Assembly: GCF_009914755.1 (NCBI RefSeq)
Contig: NC_060927.1
Length of the DNA: 64,000 nucleotides
Strand: one strand, 5' to 3'
DNA from: the human T2T-CHM13v2.0 reference genome, Homo sapiens
Shown here: piece by piece, positions 54,060-64,000 of the stretch
Numbering within the stretch: the first letter of the stretch is position 1
Layout of the letters: each line of letters opens with the position of its first letter
Position numbers and translations under genes: made by a program
The notes under the pieces: generated by a model
Database searches by the model: none
Told to the model about the DNA's origin: nothing
The model's input: the letters and a program-made list of their open reading frames with translations, nothing else

Positions 54060-55580
54060 CAACGTTAATTCAAACACTGAATGAACAAACAGCAGAGTGT
54101 CTGCCTACCACATGCTAAGCACCTATCATCAGCAACTCAGTGGTGAATATAAACCGACTCAGTGCTTGGTTTCACAGAGTTTTGGTCTAGTGAAAGGTGC
54201 AGACATTAATCACATAAATGAGTGTGAAATTGTGAACTGAAATAAGTGCTAAAAGAAAGAAATGTATTCTCTGAGAGCATATAACAAAGAAGGCTGACCT
54301 CGACTTATGGCTTCCCTAAGAAAGAGACGGTGGAGCTGATAACAAAAGGATGCTCAGGAATTAGCTAGGTACAGGAAGGTGGCACAAGCACTCCTAAGAG
54401 AGAATTTAACTTGTGCAGAAGTCCTGTGGCAGGAAATAACAGAACTCAAGAAAAAGTTATAGTCTGACTAGAGTAAGAGAACAATGTTTCCCCAGGAGGC
54501 TGGAGAGGAAGAGAGGCAGGCCAGGCAGCAGATCATAAAATGGCTTCCATGTCACAATAAGAAAAGCCTTCATCCCAGAGCAGTGGAAAGCCATCAAAGT
54601 GTTTTTAGTTGGGTTCCAGGGGGAAGTGGTAGTGACATGGTCAGATTTGCTCATTTTAAAATGACATCCTAGCTGCAGTATGGAAAATAGATATGAGGTG
54701 GTTTGGATAGGATGCTGGGAGAACTTTTGAAAGATCTTTTAAGATGGCTTCTACACTTCAGGGGAACTATTGGTCTGAGGTAATGTAGTGAAGATGAGGG
54801 ATATGAACATATTTTAGGAAGAGGTGTAATGGCCCTACTTGGTATTACTGGATATGGGGAATGAAGCAGAGGGAGGAGTCAAGGATGACTGATAATGGCA
54901 CTAACTGTGACAGAAAACACTGGAAGGGAGCCAGGTGTGTGTGTGGTTTGTAGTTGCTATTGTTGATTTAGAGAGAGGGATGATTGGGGATGTGCAGAAG
55001 ATCATGGACTTAGTTTTGGAAACACGGAGTTCGAGGTCCCCTTGAGATTTTAAAATAAAGATATCATAGTCTGCAGCTTAGAGGAAAAGTCTCAGCTAGA
55101 CATGTAAACCTACCAATGTTGGAATGTACCAAATCTACTGTCTTGGAAGAGCCTGGGCATCCTGTAGAGCTCAGTGACCATCAGTTATGAGAATTTAGGG
55201 AATAAAAAAGCTGTACACCATTCAACTTCAGTTGAATGTTGTTTATCCAATAAAAATTTACTACGTGTCTAAATGTACCAGTAACTATAGAGGCACTGGA
55301 GATGCAAAGAAGAATAAGGCATGGTTGTCACCATGAAAAACAGTCTAGTGGGAAGACAATAAAGCACATAATCTTAGTATGCTCTGATAAATGTTGTAAG
55401 AGATATACACACAAGCACTAAGGGGAAGAAAATCACAGAGGAAGGAGGCCCTAACTCTACTTGAAGGTAGATTCATGGAGGGCTATGCAGAGATGATGTC
55501 TGACCTGAGCTGAGTCATAAAAACTGATGTGTAGCCTTCCAGAAAGGCAAGGGGGTATGGAGAAGGGACATTTTAATTGT
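54060..55580 (-). mobile_element. LINE-2 fragments
   Basis: Antisense L2 3' phrases (GTGACATGGTCAGATTTG..TTTTAAAATGA). Confidence 0.7.
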
Positions 55581-55954
55581 AGCTTAAAATCCATATGATC
55601 ATTACTCGAATATAAGCCTAAAAAAGGAAACATGCTGTGAACATTACACGATCATCTGAATAAACAATTCAATTACCTGGATTGTAGTTTTAAGACTTCA
55701 GTTAAGAGTGTAACTAGATTAGGATAGTGAGTGAGCTAGGTCTGCCAATCTAAATGCTCTGTCATTTCTACTTACTCTAGCCTCATCATGAAGATGGCTC
55801 TCTTCCCTGGACTAAGTTCTCTTTCTGATCTTGATCCCATCATGAAATTCCCCCTAATTCCAATTATATCCAAATTTACTTTTAGCCTGGAATATTTTCT
55901 CTTTAATTTCAACCCAAAATAGTAAAGATTAAATATTTCCCCAAATACTTCCAT

Positions 55955-56522
55955 GGCATTTTAAAAATATGGCTGCAAATCTTTGATGGGCCTCCCATGG
56001 ACAGATGGGGTTTAAGTTCCCTCCTCTTGATTCTGTATGGGGCTTGTGACTGTGTGACTGCTTCACCCAATCAAGTATGGTAGAAGTGATATTTTGACTT
56101 CTGGGGAATGGGCCATAAAAGGCCATCAGCTTCTGCCTTTACAGTTGGAACACTAGATCTTGGAGCCCTGAGCTACCATGTAAAAAGTGTGTGACTGTCC
56201 TGAGGCTTCCATGTTCTGATGAAACCTAAGCCACATGGAGAGGGTGTTAGGTATAAACACTCCAGTTGGCAGTCCCAGCTTAGCCTAGCCTTCAAGTCAT
56301 CCAACCCAGGTGACAGCCTTGTGATCAAGAAGCCTTTGGATTATTCCAGGCCCAGCCATTCATGTCTTCCCAGCTGAGTTCCCAGACACTCTGAAGCAGA
56401 GACAATCCATCTCTGCTGTCACCCGAATCCCAACACAAAGACTACATGAGCAAAATAAAATGATTATTTTATGCCACTACATTTTGAGATAGTTTATTAC
56501 ACAGCAATTGATAAATGGAACA
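55955..56522 (+). mobile_element. MLT1G/F-type MaLR LTR
   Basis: CATAAAAGGCCATCAGCTTC...GCCACATGGAGAGG...CAGCAATTGATAAATGGAACA. Confidence 0.78.
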
Positions 56523-57046
56523 ACTCCCTATCTCAGCCTAATTTTTTTCTATAGTTCTTATAATTATCTAACATAACATGTACTTAACTTACTTATTTTG
56601 ACTACTATCTGCCTCTGCCTCCCTCCCACTAAAGCGTAAGGTCCATGAGGGGCAAGTATTTTTTGTCTTTTTATTCACTGCTATATTCCCAGAATCTAAA
56701 ACAAGGCCTGGCACATTGTCGGCACTCTGTAAATATTAATAGAATGAATGAAATCAGAGTCAGATGGATCGAGGCTAGATACACAAAGTTCTGTTGGGAA
56801 ATTGCTTTGCAACATGAAACTGTTACAAATCTACAGGTGGCAAAAAATTTCACTAAAAACAAGACCAAACCCATAACAACAATCATGGTAAAGATTTCTA
56901 TTACATTCTGACTAAAATAAACTAACTTAAAACTTTTATTATTCCTTAAAATTTTGAGTCAGCAAATATCTATATTTCCAGAAAATAGCATTGATATACC
57001 ATATTTACCAATAGATTCTGGTAGTTCATTATAACAACAAACTTAC

Positions 57047-57141
57047 CATTCGGGGTACCCAAACAAGGGCAGTACCTCCTTGTTTGAATTTCATCTGGGC
57101 CAAAGGAGTTTTGCTAGCAAAATCATAGATTCGAACAGAGC
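57047..57141 (-). CDS. CFAP44: CFAP44 coding exon (~exon 13), (C)[31 protein letters not shown]
   Basis: 95 bp; acceptor TCTATAG, donor GTAAGT. Confidence 0.94.
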
Positions 57142-57685
57142 CTATAGAAAGACAGTTTTAAAAGAAAAAAAATTATATACATAATTTTTTTAAGTCTTGG
57201 CTCACTTTTTACATGTTGAATATTATAACAAGAAATTTCTTAACTAAATCAGTCAATAACTTTCTTTTGTAAAAAATTTCAGGTACAACCTCAAACAGGT
57301 AATTCATAAACATGAATAATAAAGAAGAAAACAGATGATTGACTGCTGGGTCAATTTCACCTTGCATAGTCCATATAGATTTGCCATAAGTTAAGAAGGA
57401 AGAAAGGAGACGGAAAGAATAGAAAAAACACAAATGTGGACAATATCAAAACGAGCAGCATTTTCATGAGCAATTTACAGATTTTGTCCTTCTTTTAATC
57501 TCTCACAATAACCATGGCTGCTGTGTTTTGTGGCCTCTCCTCTCCACAGCTCAACTCGCTTGCATTCAAGAGGCTCCCCTTTTGGGAAAATCCCCAAATG
57601 CTCTTAAGTCAAACACATATAAAAATTTTATTGCAAATAAAACAAAACAAGGCCAGACATACTTTTATTAAGAGTTCCTACTTAC

Positions 57686-57785
57686 AGTCCAAGGCAGTTG
57701 TGGCCATGAGATAAGTGAGAGGAGAAACAGCCACGGCTTCAATAGCTCCAGAATGGAAGGAGAAGAGGCATTCTGGGTCCTGGGT
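57686..57785 (-). CDS. CFAP44: CFAP44 coding exon (~exon 12), [33 protein letters not shown](C)
   Basis: 100 bp; acceptor TTCTCAG, donor GTAAGT; 100+95 bp = 65 codons. Confidence 0.94.
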
Positions 57786-57929
57786 CTGAGAATAGATAGA
57801 CAGCTTACTAGATCTCAAAGACAGAGTAACAAAGAATTAAGATCAAGTTTAAAAAAATGCAAAGATAAAAATATAACACATGTGATTTTATTTGGATAGA
57901 AATAAGAAAAAGCCTAAAAAGTTAGAAAG

Positions 57930-58160
57930 AACACTGGTTCAGAATTAGGAGAACCAGATAGAGTCCTGGGCTTTGTCCTTAATGGCTGTGTGATTTTGCG
58001 CAAGTCACCTCAAATGCCAGTTTCCATTTCTTCATCTGTAAAATGAGATGGTAACAGCTGCTTGTCTACTAAATAGGGTAGTGATGAGGATCACATGAGA
58101 TAAAATACATGAAAATTCTATATATTTATAAAAACTATGAAGTACTATATAATGTTAGGT
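57930..58160 (+). mobile_element. MIR
   Basis: CAAGTCAC...TTCTTCATCTGTAAAATGAGATG core. Confidence 0.72.
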
Positions 58161-58380
58161 ATTGACACGGCCACTTTTCTGGTAAATTGTGTTATGAGAT
58201 AGATTCTTTTTTATGTAAAATCATAACGAGAGAGAGAATTCTCAAGAGTAGCACATGTTAGGCAAGTTTTTTATGAGGACCATGATGAAATATGGAGAAA
58301 GATAAAGAATACTTTAAAGACAAATAACAAAAGTTTTTACTATGAAAGTTAGGAGAAAATAAGAATAATAGGCAACTTAC

Positions 58381-58428
58381 AATATTTGAAAAACTAAGGT
58401 CAAGCTTCCATATGGCTCCATTGGCATC
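58381..58428 (-). CDS. CFAP44: CFAP44 coding micro-exon (~exon 11), DANGAIWKLDLSFSNI
   Basis: 48 bp, phase 0/0; acceptor TTTTTAG, donor GTAAGT. Confidence 0.93.
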
Positions 58429-58724
58429 CTAAAAAAATTAAATAGTATTTTGTTTTATCATTTTAAACTTTCATCAGATTTTTTAAATGTTCTTTCTATG
58501 TTTTATTAAAGTAAGGACAAGCAATAATATCAAAAGCTCACATATATTTTAAAGTATAATTGAAATTTAATAAAAACAACTTCTATATTTTAGACTAAAG
58601 CCACACAATAAGCAATCTCATAACACTTACAGTCAAATGGACTTGTAGCCAAATCAATCATACTACTACTTTAATTTTTGGTCCATGTAATGTTAAAGAG
58701 CCAAGAGACAAGAATGCAACACAC

Positions 58725-58880
58725 CTGAGCCAACCAAAAGTTATTTCCAGTTTCATTCATTTTTATCATAGAGAAGAGATTCACATTCTTGTCTACTTGA
58801 AGTTCATTAATAGGCTCAATCTCCAACAATCCAGTCTCATCTATTACATCAGCAGTGTCTATTGTCTCAAAATCCCATAT
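58725..58880 (-). CDS. CFAP44: CFAP44 coding exon (~exon 10), [52 protein letters not shown]
   Basis: 156 bp, phase 0/0; acceptor TTACAAG, donor GTGTGT; completes the GSDGYVR-IWD WD40 motif. Confidence 0.94.
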
Positions 58881-60992
58881 CTTGTAAAATGAAAAGAAAA
58901 TACTTTAGTCGATCAGTAGTTTCTGAACATTTATTTTCTAAGCCAGAAAAACCCTGATTTTTTTTTCAAAAGTCATTTCTTTTTCTTTCATGAAAAGTAA
59001 CAATGAACAGGTGTGATAAGAACACCAGCCAAAACCTGACCCCTGAAATTTTACTCTGAACTGAGGTATGATAAGCTATTATAGTTTCCTTTATATTTAT
59101 AAAGATTAGTGAGAAAGTACAGCCTTGCATAAGAATTCTAATTTATCCAAAACAAATTTTATTTCAAGGTTTCTATTAGGTCTCTTTTTACATAAAGTGG
59201 CCATAGGAGTATATGGTTCAGTTGTTCAGCAAGACATTATAATAAACCCTGTTTTCTACATACCAGCAGGCCCCTGGAAGGGGGAAATATACCTTCTTGC
59301 TTAATGACTCAAGCACTATCTCATTAGAAGCAAAGAATATAGATGTAGATAAAGTCTCCATTAGAAAATGTTTCTCTTCCTGAATATTAATATTTCACAC
59401 TTTACTATCTCATTGGGAAAATCTGGCATTTCCCCAAGTGCATACCACCAAACATGTCTCAGTAAGTGAGACAGTAAATGTTACTATCTGACAGTGAGAC
59501 AGTGAAGTGTAGATTGTTGTTCATTGGGAGAGGAGTCTAGAATACTATAGGAAGAGTGAAGGAGCACAGTTTTACCTCACGGTGGCAGGGAGGCTCAGCA
59601 GGACCTCCCCTGTGAGGGGCCAAAGCTCATTCTGGACAGTTCTGGCAACATACCCTGCCATGTGATCCTAGACTGAATAACTGAGACTTTGAGAAAGGAA
59701 CTCTGGGAAGACTGTCCCATAGATTAGCCTGGTTGGGGGAAGAGGGAAATATCTGAGGGTCAGGGTTAGGGTTAAGGATCAAACTAGGATCAGACTAACC
59801 CCTGGGAGTTGGGCTAGGTTTTTTCTATGGGGTAAGAGGTAAAGATTTACTGTGTGAAGGACTGAAAAGACAAGGACAGACTCTGAAAAGAGAAGCAAGC
59901 TTAGGAAATACTGGTGTCCATGAAGGGATCCTCTGTGAAATATTTAACTTCTTTTCTCCTGAGGTTTTCTCCCACTTGGTATTTAGACATTTTGGGGTAA
60001 CGTATATCTTGGAAAGATAGCAAATATATCATATGACAAAATAAAGGACACAAAAGATTCTCAGAGAAATGTGTGAAATCTAACAAGATTAAATTTAATA
60101 TTGTAAATGTAAAAAACATACACTGGGGCTCAAAAAGCCAGTGGTAAGAGGACCCACTGTGGGAGATATGGGTTAAACAATATTAAACACAGTAAGCTCA
60201 ATCGGTGGCAACAGAGTGACCAGACTCTTAAAAAAGAAAAAAAAAAGAATCTTACTTTTGATAACATTTCTTAAAGAATGTCAATAGAACACTGCCACTT
60301 TCTTATGAAAGGCCCCACTGAAAATATCTACCAAGAGGACTACAAGGCAAATCACAAGGCTACAGGTTGACCAGCCACAGCACAATACTCATTAACAGAA
60401 AGTGCTACACAGAGTGGGTGGAAGAAGTGTGACAATAGCAATCAAGGGGACTTAGATGCTGGAGCAATGTTCCAGCTTAGCCCAGGCTTTGGGCAAGAGA
60501 GTGTCCCCAAGAGAAAGCAAGTGAGGTCCCTAGCATAAGGAGCAAGAAGAATGTAGCATCCATAGGCAAACTCCATCAGTTCACCTCTGGGTGTATTTCT
60601 AAGTGGTAACCTCAGTAAAAAATAACTAACAAATGTTCAGCACCTTTGTTCCTACAAAATGGCCCATTCATATGGAGCCTTTTGGAAGGATATGTGGGTC
60701 TACTGTTCATCTTGTGCTAACATGAGTTTTCATCTTCTGAAGCTATTATTTCAACAGAATCAGAATAACAAGAGGCCCTCTCAAAAAGTTTCAGTGGTAA
60801 AATGCAGTAAATTAATTTTGACAAGAATGCAAATATTTACCACAAGAGAAGCATTATTTAAAGTGAGTTGGCCTTGGGAGTAAATGACTACTGATCTCCT
60901 TCACAAAATAACCTTTATGAGAAATAAAACCCTTTGGGTGAGCTACAAGTCTTAAACGTGGGTGCTACCATCCAAGTATCGAGAAAACTTAC

Positions 60993-61157
60993 CCTAACAT
61001 ATCCATCTGACCCAACAGTGATAACTTCACCCTCATACAGCATTATCTGGTTAATGGGACCATTGTGACATGACTTGCTTGTCCCTCGACAGAGCTCCAC
61101 TTTGATCAGACCACCTTCCCAAAGCAGCATGTTGCCCCATTCTGACCCTGAGAGCAC
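60993..61157 (-). CDS. CFAP44: CFAP44 coding exon (~exon 9), [55 protein letters not shown]
   Basis: 165 bp, phase 0/0; acceptor GCCAG, donor GTAAGT; inside ORF 60915..61157. Confidence 0.95.
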
Positions 61158-61684
61158 CTGGCAGGTATGTGGAAAAAAGAAATGTGCATTAAAACAGGTA
61201 AGTGTACATATTTATGCCTCAAATAGTAGGTGAAAATTATTTTTTAAGGTTATCTTTATTGATTATAAAATTTTTAAATGGAAAAATAAAAAAATACAGA
61301 AATGAAGACCTACTACCCCAGACACAACTACCAATAACATTTTGATGTATTTCCTTCCAGCAATATGATCAGTTTTACATCTTTTTGATTAGGCTGTATG
61401 TTGTTGGTAATTGTTCATGTATGTATACAATAGACTTCTTGGTACATCTCTTAGGACAAAAGACAGGAGTGGAATTAGATGAGAGTCTACTTTTTAAATG
61501 TAATACTATCAAATTTTAGATGTTAGATAACTTGTAAGGCCAGTACTGAATTAAGTAGATTATAGCATAATAGTATCCAATTTCAAACAAGGATAATCAT
61601 CTAAAACTTTTCTCAAATTAGTCTGTTTAATCTGGCATTTTCCCAAGTGCATGCCACCAAACATTAGTTGTTAAGATATTTAAC

Positions 61685-62040
61685 AAGTGTCACAAATAAA
61701 GTAATATTTATTGAGTACTGACTCTGTACCAAGCACTGGTTCAGTACTTTATATATGTTAAGTTATTTAATGCAAAAAACCATATGAACTAGGTACATTT
61801 ATCAGGGATACCATGTACACTTGTGCATGTTGGTTACCTCATTCTCCTAGAACAAACAGCTTTTTCTGACCCCCGCAAAGGAACCATATGGGCCAATGAT
61901 AGCCCTGACTATTATTATCCCCATTTTACAGAGGAGAACATTGAAGCACAAAACAGTTAAGTAACTTGCCCAAAACTACCCAGTCAGCATTCTAATCCAA
62001 GCAAGGTGGCTCAAAACCTCCTATTCTGACTGCACAGCCT
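61685..62040 (-). mobile_element. MIR interrupted by a small TIR element (TCAGGG...CCCTGA, 61802-61908, MER91-like)
   Basis: CCCCATTTTACAGAGGAG...GTTAAGTAACTTGCCCAA core; short inverted termini on the insert. Confidence 0.65.
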
Positions 62041-63521
62041 CAGAAGGCTGTTGCTAGGATAAACAAAGTCAAACAACTTTATTTTCTCTAGGACCCCTGG
62101 GAACTTTTAATAGAGAAGTATTTGCTGGGAATCACCAAGAGGAATTTTTAGATACAAAGGAATTTGACTTAAAAAGTCTTATTTTTATGGAGCTTCTGTA
62201 CAGACTGATGTTCCATAAAAATGCACTTTGGGAAACTCTATTCTAATTTTTACCTGCATGCTCTAGAGGTCTACATTTCCATTTCCCCCTTATCTAGAGA
62301 AACTGATGATTTTATTCAGTCCTTTATCTCTTGGGTCTACCTATTTTTTAACAACCCTACCGACTTTACTGATTCTGTTCTTAAGCCTCAGCCATTTATG
62401 GTAGAGTCTTTAGACTTATTTTCTTCTGTCCAGTGATGAAAGCCAGCAGTGATGACAAAAACCTACAAAGCATTCCTTTATGAAATGTGACTCATATCTA
62501 GCTTCCCTTTTCCATTTGTTCTGAGAAGTCTAGGCCCTTGATCATCTCTTTTTAGATGACAGCAACAGCTTCTGTTCTAGCTCATTTCCTTGACTCCAGA
62601 TTTCCCTTCTAATCAACCTGGCATTTTATGGCCAAATTTGTTTATTACTTCTTTCATTTGCAAGTCTACTCTTCCCATGTAGAGTAGTTCTGCCTACCTA
62701 TTAAACTCCTTGTACACTAGGACCAAGTCATACTTCTCCACTGAAATTCTCCACTTTTTGCCAACATAAATGGTTAATTCCAATTTGCCCTCTAAAAATT
62801 TGATATTTATTTCTAATGCTAAACATTTCCTTCAGTTGCTCTATCATTTAAAATGGCTTATTTCTTCCCTATATCTATACAAATTCTACCAACCCTTTAA
62901 AAAATATATCTCATACCAGGTTTTTAACAAGGATTCTATTGATCTTTATCTTAGCTTAATTCTTACAGTATTGAGAATTTGAAGCTGGGATGATTTAAGA
63001 TCATCTCATGGATTTAGACATATAGTTTCGCCAGCATCCAAGGCTTTTTACTTCCTCCTATATACCATGATTTTGAATTGAGAATATTCAGTCAGGTAGA
63101 TGACTAGACAACTTGGTTCCTTAAATATTTGTGTGCTGGCATTTACTTACAACTGAGATTATCACAAATAATAATGTATAACTCATTCTAATAGGAAGCT
63201 ATGTAAAATATTGATAGAGAACTAATCCTAATTAACTATTGTTTCAGGCAATATGCCTATAAATTTTATAAGAGAAAGAAAGGAAAGAAACTAACAATAT
63301 TAAAGAATAAATTAACAGATTACAGTTGCAGTGTTGCAGATGCCTCTATAAAGTGGTTTGCTCTTTCTGAGTAATAATCTGACAATAAAAATAAATGCCA
63401 CATGGTTGTATATAACCTTTGACCCAATAAGTCTTCTTGGATCACGATAGCAAGACAAAATGGGGAAAAGTAAGTAACATAAATACTGCAACTCTGTGAC
63501 ATAATTGAAAGTAACAAATAT

Positions 63522-63799
<278 letters not shown>

Positions 63800-64000
63800 T
63801 TAATATATGAAAATGCTCACATACTTTATATGTGTGTACCATATTTAGTAAAAAGAAAATAGAAAATGGTAGGTAAGTATGGATTATGACAATTTCAGGG
63901 AAATATTTTAATTACAATTGATAATTGAAGAAGTAAAATTAAATGTTCATTACATTTACAATAATATCTGTTATTGGCAGAGCTTGTTAGAATTTTCATA

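Noticed and set aside
59754-59777. Telomere-like TGAGGG TCAGGG TTAGGG TTAAGG
   Set aside because: Only one perfect unit in four; too short to call an interstitial telomeric sequence

Overview
Human (primate) genomic DNA from inside CFAP44 (WDR52), a cilia/flagella WD40 and coiled-coil gene on the minus strand. Fifteen consecutive coding exons (roughly exons 9-23) can be read with GT-AG boundaries and matching splice phases. The introns are packed with transposable elements. These include a 6.5-kb ERV9/LTR12 provirus with a 4-bp TSD and a tRNA-Arg PBS, a full-length L1PA6, an ORF1-deleted L1MA-type element, about a dozen Alu copies or fragments, MaLR LTRs, L2, MIR and hAT fossils. The most unusual structure is a RABGGTB processed pseudogene carrying what looks like a poison cassette exon. 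It hosts a nested, inverted PHF5A processed pseudogene plus an Alu, and ends 86 bp from a CFAP44 splice donor. There it supplies gene-sense poly(A) signals for a truncated isoform ending ...QFKRTVSLI*. Other notable points are a clustered A-to-G (ADAR-like) tract in the provirus, a 569-bp CCAAT-array difference between its two LTRs, an open L1 ORF0 with splice donors aimed at CFAP44 exons, and an Alu-L1 chimera under one TSD. I do not see a wholly new gene system; the candidates for novelty are these retroelement-host interactions. Repeat subfamily calls, exon numbers and comparisons to consensus or parent sequences are from memory, not from searches.
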